A DNA stretch of 62,952 nt, counting the filler, from Octopus bimaculoides (Eukaryota): NCBI RefSeq assembly GCF_001194135.2. It is 4 parts of 4 records of this genome, joined end to end, with 100 filler letters (N's around TTAATTAATTAA, not from the genome) between each part and the next. Parts side by side here need not be neighbours in the genome. Positions count along the whole stretch, not along the records: positions 1 to 30,980 come from NC_069010.1; 3 more parts are not named here. One strand, written 5' to 3'. The stretch's first letter is position 1; each line of letters opens with the position of its first letter. Below, in pieces: positions 1 through 12,268 of the stretch. The notes beneath the pieces are model-generated. The model was not told where the DNA came from. It did no database searches and was given only the letters and a program-made list of their open reading frames with translations. The position numbers were made by a program, and so were the translations under genes.

Positions 1-51
1 CTTTTAGGGAAACGTTGTCATCTGCTGGTATTGATTCATCAATTAGAAAGC

Positions 52-94
<43 letters not shown>

Positions 95-95
95 G

Positions 96-294
96 TGGTG
101 GGCTAGTAGGATCATTAGCATGCTTAGCAGCATTTCATTTGTTGTGAAGTTCTGAGTTCAAATTCTGCCAAGGTCAACTTTGCCTTTCATCCTTTCGGGG
201 TCGATTAAATAAGTACCAGCTACGCACTGGGGGTCGATGTAGTAGACTTAATCCCTTCCCCCAGATTCGAGATTTTGTGCTTCCAGTAGAAAGG

Positions 295-329
<35 letters not shown>

Positions 330-541
330 GGTGGTGGGCTACCAGGATCATTAGCATACTGGGAAAAATACTTAACAGCATTTTGTTTGTCTTGAGGTCC
401 TGAGTTCAAATTCCACTGACGTCAACTTTGCCTTTAATTCTCTTGGGGTCAATAAAATAAGTGCCAGTTGAACATTAGGGTTGATGTAACTGACTGTCTC
501 CTATCCCCAAAATTTTAAGCCTTGTACCTTTAGTAGAAAGG

Positions 542-573
<32 letters not shown>

Positions 574-747
574 CATTATTATTATTGTTATATGCTCTGA
601 GTTCAAATCCTATCAGGATTACTTCGTTTTTTTAATCCCATGAGGGTCAGTAAAATATAGTATTGGTCAAGTACAAATGTCATTGTAATCAGCCAGACCC
701 CTCCTGCATAATATTGAGCTGTGTACTTGTACTGGAAAGAATCATCA

Positions 748-778
<31 letters not shown>

Positions 779-1465
779 AAAGGCAGCAAACTGGCAGAAT
801 TGTTAGCATTCCAGGCGAAATGCTTAGCAGTATTTTGCCCGTCACTACATTCTGAGTTCAAGTTCTGCCAAGGTCGACTTTGCCTTTCATCCTTTCGGGG
901 TCATTTCAATAAGTACCAGTTATGCACTGGGGTTGATGCAATCGACTTAATTCCTTTCCCCAAATTCGAGGCCTTGTGCTTCCAGTTGAAACTATTATTA
1001 TTAAGTCTGTGAGCTGGAAAGAATCGTTAGCACACTGGACGAAATGCTTAGTGGTATTTCGCCTGTCGCTGTGTTCTGAGTTCAAATTCCACTGAGGTCG
1101 ACTTTACTTTTCATCCTTTTGGGGTCCATGAATTAAGTACTAGTTGAGTACTGATGTTGATGTAATCAACTTTCCCTTCCCCCAAATTTTAGGCCCTGTG
1201 CCTATAATAGAAAGGATTATTATTATTGTTATTATTATTATTATTATTATTATTTAAGGTGGTGAGCTGGCAGAATTGTTAGTCAGCAGGCAAAATGCTT
1301 AGCAGTATTTTGTCTGTCTGTATGGTCTGAGTTCAAATTCCACTGAGGTTGACTTTGTCTTTCATGCTTTCTGGGTCAGTGAAATAAGTACCAATGAAAC
1401 ACTGGGGTCGATGTAATCGGCACATCCCCCAAAATTTTCAGGCCTTTATCATATAGTAGAAATTA
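96..1465 (+). mobile_element. Chain of about 6 tRNA-headed SINE copies (family A) separated by (ATT)n tracts
   Basis: Repeated unit gagctggcagaatcgttagc...ttctgagttcaaattc...ggtcgactttgcctttcatcc...aagtaccag...aaagg+(ATT)n. More copies at about 2085-2300, 2966-3305 and 3770-3850. Confidence 0.85.
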
Positions 1466-1493
1466 TTATTATTATTATTATTGTTATTATTGA

Positions 1494-2049
1494 GTGAGAG
1501 AGCAGTGCATGCCATCAAAGTGACACTGGAGTAAAATATACGAAGCCCAATATACCCATCATGACTACCCGTCTGATAAGGGTACACCAGGCACATGCAT
1601 CACAACCATATGTGCTCGACATGGTGATCTCAATATCAAGATAAACAGCGCATCACGTTGCAGGTGGGGGCCCAGTTAGAATTTTCTTCAGGTCAAGTAG
1701 CCCATCCCACTCAAAAGGTCCCTGAATAAGGTTTGTTTAAGGATGTTGAGCAAAACACCCATGTTTCCAAAGGTGAATTATTCAAACCCCAAAGAATTCC
1801 TCTCAACACATGGCTATGATGTTCCCCCACTACTTGTGTTCATGATCAGAGATGCACATATCATCAGCCACCAAGGGACATGCTCAGCTGGTTAAGGTCA
1901 AACAACTGACAAGCAAATCTGTGGTATTAAGCAGAATATTTGCTGTAGCCGATCTTTTTATACCAAGACAGAACAATGTATATAATGACACTTCCAATCA
2001 ATTAAGATCAGAAGCCATGAGAGCCACTGCCTGGTACTGCATCCGGGCG
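1494..2049. mobile_element. About 560-bp non-coding interspersed-repeat-like insert within a (TTA)n tract
   Basis: Complex, more GC-rich block flanked on both sides by (TTA)n, with no credible ORF. Family not identified. Confidence 0.45.
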
Positions 2050-2083
<34 letters not shown>

Positions 2084-2597
2084 GTCTGAATTCAAATTAG
2101 GGTCGTCTTTGCTTTTCATCCCTTTGTGGAGGTGGTGGTGGTGGGGATTTGCGGTCGAGGAAATAAAAATTATCAGTCAAGTTCTGGGGTCAGTGCCATC
2201 GATTTGTTTACTATCCTTCAAAATGTCGGCCTTGAATCCTGCACCACACTGGCGTCCCATGTGGGCGATTGTTACTGGCCTTGCACCAAAATTTGAAACA
2301 GTTATTATTATGATTAACATCACCGTTATAATGTTGTAGCTGCTGTTTTTAGCATCTGCCCATCCACCTCTTGGGACCATTTCTTTATTTCAATATAAGT
2401 TATTTTCTTGTTTGTTTTCTTTTTTTTTTTATATATATATATCTCTTTTCTATATTCAGTGTAAACCAAAAAAAAAAAAATCTCTGTGCTCCATTTTTGT
2501 TCTCTGTCTTTGTAATGTTCCCTGTCCCTTTTATGTTACTCCTCTTTTTTTTTAAATAAAAATATTATTATTATTGTTGTTGTTGTTGTTATTGTTA

Positions 2598-2955
2598 TTA
2601 CCTCCGCTTTAGTGAAGACAGAGGTATTGTTTCAGTTGTGTTCGTTTGTTCGTGGACAGGATATCTCAAGAACCGCTGGATGGATTCCAATGAAACTTTC
2701 AGGGATGTTTGGCCTTGTGACTGGCACAAACTGATGAGATTCTGGGATCGATCTGGTACTGGACAAGGATTCTGGATTATTTTCTCCAGTTTTTTACTTA
2801 ATTTCTGAGAGCAGTCGGGTTCATTTTTAGTATTCTCGTTTGTGAGAGCATTCGAGTTTATTTCAGATATTCTCATTTTAAAGATCATCTCTGACTAATC
2901 GTTGAGAGGACGTTGGTGTTGCCTTGGCGGAGGTTTGCACTCTCTGAGTGCTCTT
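2598..2955 (+). mobile_element. Non-autonomous Helentron/HINE-like element
   Basis: Subterminal inverted repeat ACCTCCGC (2600) / GCGGAGGT (2927) followed by a 3' palindrome GCACTCTCTGAGTGC (2937-2951), in a T-rich site. Confidence 0.55.
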
Positions 2956-3150
2956 GTTATTATTAGTGAGCTAGCAGAATTGTTAGCATGCTGGATGAAC
3001 TGCATAGGAGTATTTCATCCATCACTACGTTCTGAGTTCAAATTCCACTGAGGTTGATAAATTAAGTACCAGTGAAGCACTGGGATCAATCTAATCAACT
3101 TATCCCCTCCCCACAACATGGCTGCCCTTGTGGCAAAATTTGAACCATTG

Positions 3151-3190
<40 letters not shown>

Positions 3191-3305
3191 GACAGCAAGC
3201 TGGCAGAATCGTTAGGAAGCTGGGCGAAATGCTTAACAGCATTTGTTTTGGCTTTATGTTCTGAGTTCAAATTGAGCTGAGGTTGACTTTGCCTTTCATC
3301 CTTTC

Positions 3306-3760
3306 AATCATCATCATCATCGTCGTCGTTTAACGTCCGCTTTCCATGCTAGCATGGGTTGGACGATTTGACTGAGGACTGGTGAAACCAGATGGCTAGA
3401 CCAGGCTCCAATCTGATTTGGCAGAGTTTCTACGGCTGGATGCCCTTCCTAACGCCAACCACTCAGAGAGTGAAGTGGGTGCTTTTACGTGTCAAAATAG
3501 TGTATTCTCAAAATAGTGTATTCTATGTGCCACCTGCACAAGAGCCAGTCCAGGGGCACTGGCAACGATCTCGCTCGAAAGTCCTTACACATGCCGCGGG
3601 CACAAGTGCCAGAAAGGTGATGCTGGGCACAGGTGCCATCACAAATTCACTTTCGCTTGCCCCAATAAGTCTTCGCAAGCTGAGTTTCGTGTCCAATTTA
3701 ACTCGATTTCGATTTCACTTGCCTCAACAGGTCTTCGCAAGTGGAGTTTAGTGTCCATGT
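3306..3760 (-). mobile_element. RTE-clade LINE 3' UTR fragment with (TGA)n tail
   Basis: Same sequence block (ttggcgttaggaagggcatccagctgtagaaac...ccatgctagcatggaaagcggacgttaaacgatgatga) as the one following the ORF2 end at 22.4-22.8 kb. Confidence 0.75.
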
Positions 3761-4002
3761 TGATAAAATTAAGTACCAGTAGAACACTGGGTCAATGTAA
3801 TCGGCTTATCGCTTCCCTTGAAACTGCTGGCCTTGTGCCAAAATTTGAAACAATTATTGTTATTTGAAAAGGAAGTTGAGGGTGGAGAGGTAAGTGTTGC
3901 CGGAATTTAAGACCATGATATAGCACGCATTTCATTACAATTATAATTTTTATGTTCAGTTACATTTCTCTACCAAAGTTCCTGTTGCATTTCAACCAGT
4001 AC

Positions 4003-4251
4003 TCTTACTCTTTACTCTCTTTTACTCTTTTACTTGTTTCAGCCTTTTGACTGTAGCCATGCTGGAGCACCGCCTTTAGTCGAGCAAATCGACCCCAGGA
4101 CTTATTCTTTGGAAGCCTAGTACTTATTCTATCGGTCTCTTTTGCTGAACCGCTAAGTTACGGGGGACGTAAACACACCAGCATCGGTTGTCAAGCGATG
4201 TTGGGGGGGGGGGACACAAACAAAGACACACAAACACACACACACATATAT

Positions 4252-4290
<39 letters not shown>

Positions 4291-4454
4291 CGACGGGCTT
4301 CTTTCAGTTTCCGTCTACCAAATCCACTCACAAGGCTTTGGTTGGCCCGAGGCTATAGTAGAAGACACTTGCCCAAGGTGCCATGCAGTGGGGACTGAAC
4401 CCGGAACCATGTGGTTGGTAAGCAAGCTACTTACCACACAGCCACTCCTGCGCC
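4003..4454 (-). mobile_element. Full-length tRNA-headed SINE (family B) with internal (TA)n/(CA)n microsatellite
   Basis: Reverse strand reads ggcgcaggagtggctgtgtggtaag...ggttcagtccc (A/B-box-like)...gaaactgaaagaagcccgtcg-(TA)n-...gactgaaacaagtaaaagag tail. Confidence 0.85.
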
Positions 4455-4914
4455 AGTGTTTCCAAAATTTTTACGTAGTGACTCCCAAAGATTTATTGTT
4501 GGTGTTAATGTTGATGATGATGATGATGATGATGGATGTGGTAGTGGTGGTGGTAGTGATGGAGGCCATGATGGTGGTGGTGGTGGTGGCCATGATAGTA
4601 GTAGTGGTAGCAGTGATGATGATGACGATTCTGATGATGTACAGGCTAAAAAAATTTCATCTTGCGGCTTATAGGATTACAGCAATCACTCGCAGGATGC
4701 ATAAATATAAATATAGATATATTTTTCTTTACATGTATGAGTCTCTATGTGTGTGTGTATGTGCGTGTGTATGTGCGTGTGTGTGTGTGTGTGTGTTTGT
4801 GTGCGTGTGTGTGTGTGTGAGTTGGTTATTATCTCCCCTATGTTATATCTTTGTCTATGGTTCTTTTTAAACTTAATCACACCTGCTTGAAGTTCACTAT
4901 AGAATCAAGAGAGA

Positions 4915-4927
4915 CACAGAGAGAGTG

Positions 4928-4964
<37 letters not shown>

Positions 4965-5565
4965 CACAGAGAGAGAGACACACAGAGAGAGACACACACA
5001 CACAGAGATAGACACAGAGAGAGAGACACACAGAGAGAGACTGACAAAGTGAGCATATGAGAGAGAGGAAGGGAAATAAGGTTGGAGTAACAGGTAGTAA
5101 GAGTGGTGGTGGGAAGTAGGTGAAAGGGTGTTTCAATGAAGGTGGCAGTTAGAGAGAGAGAGAAACACAGAAAGAAAGAGAGGAGAGAGGGAGGAAAACA
5201 AAGACAGATAGATAGGAGTAGTAGGAGTGAGGGTGGTGGTGGTGGTGGTGGTTGCAGTGGTGCTACAGGTAAAATAGGTAGATAGATAGATAGTGAGAGA
5301 GAGAGAGAGAGACACAGACAGACAGACAAACAGAAAAGGTAGGGGCAACTGTAAGTGACAATGGTGGTGGGTGACAGGTGAAAGAGTACTTAAGTGGTTA
5401 TAGCAGGGGTGGGGCAAGAGAAACAGATAATAGACAGCCAGAGAGAAAAAGAGAGAAGACTGGAGTAACAGCCAGTTAAGTGGTGGTGATCTGTACCACA
5501 GATAAATCAGTGAAAGAGAGATGGATAGAGAGAGAGTGAAAGAGATAGACAGGTAGATAAAGACA
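4915..5565. repeat. Compound (GA)n/(GGT)n/(GATA)n microsatellite field
   Basis: Directly visible low-complexity repeats. They explain the spurious S/L/C-rich ORFs here. Confidence 0.9.
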
Positions 5566-5859
5566 AAGACAGTTGTGTGTGACTTGGCTCATTAAAAGGT
5601 GTTTGTAATCTTTGATATTGTACTGTTGTCCGTCGGTCGGTTGGTGGGACAGTTGGTCGCTTGGTCTGGTCTGTGGTTCATCATAAGTTCCCTTGAGGTT
5701 TACTAAATAATGGGACTAAACGGACATCTGTCCAGGTAGGAGTGCTTTAGTATATATAATATATATTATATACACTATATATGTATGCATGTTATATGCA
5801 AACATATACATACACGTGTGTGTGTGTTGTATGTTTCTATTTGCTGACTATCCATCTAG

Positions 5860-5890
<31 letters not shown>

Positions 5891-6512
5891 TTTGGATAGA
5901 TAGACAGATAGATATAGAGATACACAGATGTATGTATCTGTCTATCTATATAACTATCTATCTATCTATCTATCTATCTGTATGTCTGTCTGTTTGTCTA
6001 TCTGTATGTCTGTTTGTCTATCTATCTAGATAGATAGACGGATATAGAGATAGGTAGATGTATGTATCTGTCTATCTAGCTGTCTGTCTGTCTATCTATA
6101 TAGCTGTCCGTCTATCTATATAGCTATCTGTCTATCTATCTATATAGCTGTCTGCCTGTCTATCTATCTATCTATCTATATGTCTATCTGTCTGTCTGTC
6201 TGTCTGTCTATCTGCACACACACACATACATTTTAAAGCCTATACTGTTTACACTGTAACCTAATTGCTATATACTTCCTTCATGTATTTAGTATATATG
6301 TATATTCACAATTATTTATAAGGATGAATCAAGAAGTAATGTAGATAATAGTTGCAATACTTTCTGACTCACCCTCATGTTCACGTGTTTGTGTGTGTGT
6401 GTGTGTGTATATNNNNNNNNNNNNNNNNNNNNNNNNNNNNNNNNNNNNNNNNNNNNNNNNNNNNNNNNNNNNNNNNNNNNNNNNNNNNNNNNNNNNNNNN
6501 NNNNNNNNNNNN

Positions 6513-6689
6513 TATTACATACAAAAATAAGAGGAATGACCAGCAAAAGTGGACTCCTATATTGCTAGAAATAGATGCCGAATCATCTAACCCTTTTTCA
6601 TATTTTTCGTGGTTAGATGATTCGGCATCTATTTCTAGCATATAGGAGTCCACATTTGCTGGTCATTCCTCTTATTTTTGTATGTAATA
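6513..6689. repeat. Near-perfect 80-bp inverted repeat with 18-nt loop
   Basis: 6513-6592 is the reverse complement of 6611-6689 with 1 mismatch and 1 indel. Confidence 0.9.
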
Positions 6690-7404
6690 TCTATCTATCT
6701 AATATATATATCGGGGTCATTCCTCTTATTTTTGTATGTAATATAATTTCAATCTTCGGATTTTTTTAATATGCTAGACCACTGGTTTTAATTGATTAAT
6801 ATCAATTTCTACCCTTATAAATAAATTTTAGATAGATAGATAGATAGATAGATTGGGCATACAGACAGACCGAGAAGTATAGATGCAGACATAGATCTAT
6901 GTGTTGTTCAGAAGTTTATTTCTTAATCATATCATCCTGGGTTCCGTCTCACTGGCTGTTTGCATGTCTGTCTAAATATTTATTTATCTCTCTATGCATG
7001 ATGTCTGAGTTTATTTAACCAACATTCTTACTAATTAACCGATTTGTTATAGATTAGTAATGTGGTTAAACAAATTGACCAAATTATGTGACGGCTATTA
7101 TTGTTGTTGTTGGTGATGGTGTTATTGATGAGGTGGGGGAAACTACACTCGTCGACCTTTCTGCATGAAAAACAAATAGTCAAGTTGGTACTGACATTAT
7201 TTAATGCTATATGAGCCTAAAAAATGTAATTATCTAAAACGGTGGGAAAGAGAATGATTAACCTAATTATAAATTGTCGTTAATAAAAAGCAAGAAGAGA
7301 CAAACTTGAAAATATAAGGGTAAAGAGAGTATGAACTTCCCTAAGTAGGGGAGACAACTTTTGACATGTTTTAGCTTTATTACATCTCTGTATAGCATAT
7401 TAGT

Positions 7405-7692
7405 GGAGGCGCAATGGCCCATTGGTTAGGGCAGCGGACTCGCGGTCATAGGATCGCGGCTTCGATTCCCAGACCGGGTGTTGTGAGTGTTTATTGAGGC
7501 TCCGGCAGGGGATGGTGGTGAACCCTGCTGTACTCTTTCACCACAACTTTCTCTCACTCCCTGTTTCTCTTGTACCTGTATTTCAAAGGGCCAGCCTTGT
7601 CACACACTGTGTCACGGTGAATATCCCCCCGAGAACTACGTTAAGGGTACACGTGTCTGTGGAGTGCTCAGCCACTCGCACGTTAATTTCAC
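7405..7692 (+). mobile_element. tRNA-headed SINE (family C), 3' truncated
   Basis: ggaggcgcaatggccc..tggttagggcagcggactcgcgg...ttcgattccc head plus the core gagaactacgttaagggtacacgtgtctgtggagtgctcagcc shared with the 30022 and 41510 copies. Confidence 0.85.
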
Positions 7693-8180
7693 ATCGGAAT
7701 AAGAGAGAGTGAAGGAAAGAAAGTAACAGATATAAAGAGAAAGACGGTAAGTAAGAAAGAGAGAAACAGTAATAAACTAAGAGAAAGTGAAAGGGTAAAA
7801 GAAGAATGAGAGAGATGGAGAAAGGGAGGAAGTCACATGACCAAAAGTTTATTATTGACAAAACTTTAGTGGAGATGGGAAGAAGAACAAGGGAGTGTTA
7901 GGTGATGGTAGGAGTAGATCATTATAGTGGAGGAATAGAAGGAGGTTAAAAAGCAATGAAGGAGGGGAGGAAGAGTGAAATGAGGAAACAGACGAAAGGG
8001 AGAAGGACAGACTAAGTAAACAAGTAGAGGAAGAGGAGGAGGAGTGGTGCATAATTATTGCGGCTTTTTTTTTTTTCAATAAATTTTATTCAACAAAAAT
8101 TTGAACAAAACGCCAGGCAGAAACTGAAGTAGATGGTGGATATGTTCCGGAATAGTCATTTAAAGTTGTTTTCGTTAAAT

Positions 8181-8482
8181 GCAGGAGTGGCTGTGTGGTA
8201 AGTAGCTTGCTTACCAACCACATGGTTCCGGGTTCAGTCCCACTGCGTGGCACCTTGGGCAAGTGTCTTCTACTATAGCCTCGGGCCGATCCAAAGCCTC
8301 GTTAGTGGATTTGGTAGACGGAAACTGAAAGAAGCCTGTGATATAATTTCTTGGGAGAGAAATACTTTTGCGGCTGAAGATAGCTTTGTATTGTCATTTA
8401 TACACTGATATAAAGCTTGAAACACGTGTACCGCAGAATCCTTTGTGTTTTTTGTTTTTATTTTTTGCATTTACAATTCATA

Positions 8483-8520
<38 letters not shown>

Positions 8521-8790
8521 GTATGTGTGTTTGTCCCCCCCCCCCNNNNNNNNNNNNNNNNNNNNNNNNNNNNNNNNNNNNATGTTTGTATGTCTGTGTT
8601 TGTCCCCCCAACATCGCTTGACAACCGATGCTGGTGTGTTTACGTTCCCGGTTCGGCAAAAAAAGAGACCGATAGAATAAGTACTAGGCTTACAAAGAAT
8701 AAGTCCTGGGGTCGATTTATTCGACTAAGAAAAAGGCGGTGCTCCAGCATGGCCGCAGTCAAATGACTGAAACAAGTAAAAGTGTAAAAG
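8181..8790 (+). mobile_element. SINE family B copy
   Basis: Head gcaggagtggctgtgtggtaag, internal microsatellite and gap, tail ...gactgaaacaagtaaaag. Confidence 0.8.
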
Positions 8791-9421
8791 AGTTGCTTTT
8801 GTTGAATAAAATAAATGTATTGTAAAAAAGCCGCAATAATTATGCACCAACCTAATAGAAGAACGAGGAGGAGGAGAAGAAGCAAATGTAGAAATTGTAA
8901 AGAAGGCGGAGAGGAAGGGGTAAAGTAAATGGAAGAAGGAGGAGGAGGTGTAAAGGAGAGGAGAGGTGTCAGTAAAGAGAAGGCGAAGTAGCGAACGATG
9001 GAGGAGGGGGAAGTGGAGTAGTGAAAGAGAGGAGAGACAAGGGTGGTGTGTGAGGGGGTCTAGGAGGAGAAGAAGTAGTGAAAGATGGTGAAACAGGTGA
9101 AGAAAGCAATAGAAGCAGAGACGAGGGTGGTGGACGTGTAAGGAGGTAGGGGGAGGTGGACAAAATGAAGCAAGTGTTGAGAGGGAGGGGAAGAGTAGTG
9201 AACAAAGTGAGACATGGGTGGTGGTGGTGGTGCTGGCGGTGGGAAGTTAAGTAAGTCATGTGATTGCACTGACATTTCTTGCTGGACAACAACTATCATC
9301 ACCACACCCAACCATCAACACAAGCACCACCATCACAACCATCTACCATCATCCCCATCCCCATCGCCACCACCACTACCACAATCCCTACCACCACCAC
9401 CACCACCACCACCGCCATCAA

Positions 9422-9644
9422 TCATGCATTATCTCATAGCTTTGGGATTTCATTGAGGTAATTGTTTATCTTTAGAATGATATTGTAGGGTAGGTGTGAT
9501 TTGGTTATTTTTAGAATGATATTGTAGGGTAGGTTCGAGAGGCTGGATCTGGCCTTCTTTTGAATTAATCATTCATTATCTCATAGCTTTGGGATTTCAT
9601 TGAGGTAATTGTTTATCTTTAGAATGATATTGTAGGGTAGGTGT
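9422..9644. repeat. Local tandem duplication of a MITE-family internal segment, next to a gap
   Basis: cattatctcatagctttgggatttcattgagg...gtagggtaggtgt occurs at about 9429 and 9575. Related to the internal sequence of the 23343-23781 MITE. Confidence 0.65.
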
Positions 9645-10324
9645 NNNNNNNNNNNNNNNNNNNNNNNNNNNNNNNNNNNNNNNNNNNNNNNNNNNNNNNN
9701 NNNNNNNNNNNNNNNNNNNNNNNNNNNNNNNNNNNNNNNNNNNNNNNNNNNNNNNNNNNNNNNNNNNNNNNNNNNNNNNNNNNNNNNNNNNNNNNNNNNN
9801 NNNNNNNNNNNNNNNNNNNNNNNNNNNNNNNNNNNNNNNNNNNNNNNNNNNNNNNNNNNNNNNNNNNNNNNNNNNNNNNNNNNNNNNNNNNNNNNNNNNN
9901 NNNNNNNNNNNNNNNNNNNNNNNNNNNNNNNNNNNNNNNNNNNNNNNNNNNNNNNNNNNNNNNNNNNNNNNNNNNNNNNNNNNNNNNNNNNNNNNNNNNN
10001 NNNNNNNNNNNNNNNNNNNNNNNNNNNNNNNNNNNNNNNNNNNNNNNNNNNNNNNNNNNNNNNNNNNNNNNNNNNNNNNNNNNNNNNNNNNNNNNNNNNN
10101 NNNNNNNNNNNNNNNNNNNNNNNNNNNNNNNNNNNNNNNNNNNNNNNNNNNNNNNNNNNNNNNNNNNNNNNNNNNNNNNNNNNNNNNNNNNNNNNNNNNN
10201 NNNNNNNNNNNNNNNNNNNNNNNNNNNNNNNNNNNNNNNNNNNNNNNNNNNNNNNNNNNNNNNNNNNNNNNNNNNNNNNNNNNNNNNNNNNNNNNNNNNN
10301 NNNNNNNNNNNNNNNNNNNNNNNN

Positions 10325-10505
10325 ACACGTAAAAGCACCCACTACACTCTCTGAGTGGTTGGCGTTAGGAAGGGCATCCAGCTGTAGAAACTCTGCCAAA
10401 TCAGATTGGAGCCTGGTGCAGCCATCTGGTTTCACCAGTCCTCAGTCAAATCGTCCAACCCATGCTAGCATGGAAAGCGGATGTTAAACGATGATGATGA
10501 TGATG
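10325..10505 (+). mobile_element. RTE LINE 3' end fragment
   Basis: Diagnostic 3' UTR block ending in (TGA)n. A similar fragment lies at about 11085-11220. Confidence 0.75.
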
Positions 10506-11529
10506 GGTACTCTGTTCTCATTCCTAAGGTATTTTTTGATGATGTTATTATTATTTATTCAAGTTACTTGTCTGGGATTGAACCCGGAATAACCTCCTAA
10601 GCAGACCTAGTGCAGATATGAGTAGAATATGGGAACTAATATTCAGGGAAAATACAAAAATGGTAGGTTTATAAGCCCTAAACTTCAGTCTATAATTGCC
10701 CATGGGCATATAGCATAGTGCTGTAACAGACACCTTAACAGCAGTTTTCACTAAGGGCGCTGTCAATCTATTTTTAGCTATGATGAAATCTTAACTAACT
10801 CAATCTAAGGCTATAAGGTGTCCATTACAGTGCTTAAGAGCATGGGCTATTAACCCTAATATTCTAGGTTCAATCCCAGGCAGTGACTTGAATTAATAAT
10901 AATAGTAGCAGAGACTCCAGCAAATAAAATCTAAAGAAGGAATTGTAATTCCGAAATATCATTGGACTATAGTTTACCAAGTTACAACAGGTATACAGTC
11001 CATTTTTTGTTCTATAGTGCATTGTTATACCTTCCTAAACTTTTTTATTCTTTACAAACATTATTATTGTTTAGTTTTGTCATTAGGAAGGGCGTCCAGC
11101 CATGGAAACCATGCCAAATCAGACTGGAGTCTGGTGCAGCCTTCCAGCATGCCAGCCTTGGTCAAACCGTCCAACCCATGCCAGCATGGACAACAGACTT
11201 TACATAATGATGATGATTTTGAAATAGATATATATGGAGGCACCGAAATCTTTTAAGTGCTCAGGACCTCTATGGATTTTAATCAAGCCCTGCTCGCTTC
11301 AGCTGGTGAATTAAACCAAGTGAGAGGATGGTGTTAACAGCACTGCATCAGTAGGCAAAAGATGGGTAAGGCTTCTCAAGGAGTCACCAGCTAGGGGAGA
11401 GAAACCTGCTCAGGTCAATGACCTAATGTTCAGACAGAAGCAAATCTCAGGTTGAGGCATGTGGTCGTGGCTAACAGCTTGGAGAGAAATAAGTGCCACC
11501 AACTTCTCTTGCCTGTTATACACTCATGA

Positions 11530-11698
11530 TGATGACAGCCAGACCAGGACCCAAACAGGATCAGTCATCACCCAGTTTAACATCAAAGAGAGGGCAGGCC
11601 TCAGTTTTGCAGGCTCACAGAGGGCAGCAGAAGACAGAGGTAAGTTTGTGACATCATCAATAAATGCCCCAACGACTACATGGTCAAGGGATAGGAAT
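11530..11698 (+). pseudogene. Degenerate LINE (RTE-like) ORF2 C-terminus
   Basis: NIKERAGLSFAGSQRAAEDRG resembles the RTE C-terminal pattern GRP..W.DNIKEWTGL....RAAEDR..W. Confidence 0.5.
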
Positions 11699-11962
11699 NN
11701 NNNNNNNNNNNNNNNNNNNNNNNNNNNNNNNNNNNNNNNNNNNNNNNNNNNNNNNNNNNNNNNNNNNNNNNNNNNNNNNNNNNNNNNNNNNNNNNNNNNN
11801 NNNNNNNNNNNNNNNNNNNNNNNNNNNNNNNNNNNNNNNNNNNNNNNNNNNNNNNNNNNNNNNNNNNNNNNNNNNNNNNNNNNNNNNNNNNNNNNNNNNN
11901 NNNNNNNNNNNNNNNNNNNNNNNNNNNNNNNNNNNNNNNNNNNNNNNNNNNNNNNNNNNNNN

Positions 11963-12268
11963 AAATCGACCCCAGGACTTATTCTTTGTAAGCCTAGTAC
12001 TTATTCTATCGATCTCTTAATGCCGAACTGCTAAGTTACGGGTACGTAAACACACCACCATCGGTTGTCAAGTGATGTTGGGGACACACACACATATATA
12101 TATATATATACGACAGGCTTCTTTCAGTTTCCGTCTACCAAATCCACTCACAAGGCTTTGGTCGGCCCGAGGCTATAGTGGAAGACACTTGCCCAAGGTG
12201 CCACGCAGTGGGACTGAACCCGGAACCATGTGGTTGGTAAGCAAGCTACTTACCACACAGCCACTCCT
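11963..12268 (-). mobile_element. SINE family B copy
   Basis: Same head/tail blocks as 4003-4454. Further minus copies or fragments at about 13530-13660, 14098-14240, 15655-15860, 16418-17097 and 18325-18480. Confidence 0.8.

Noticed and set aside
4198-4398. Recurrent short ORFs containing RRASFSFRLPNPLTRLW...EPGTMWLVSKLLTTQP
   Set aside because: Antisense translation of family B SINE heads, repeated wherever the SINE occurs.
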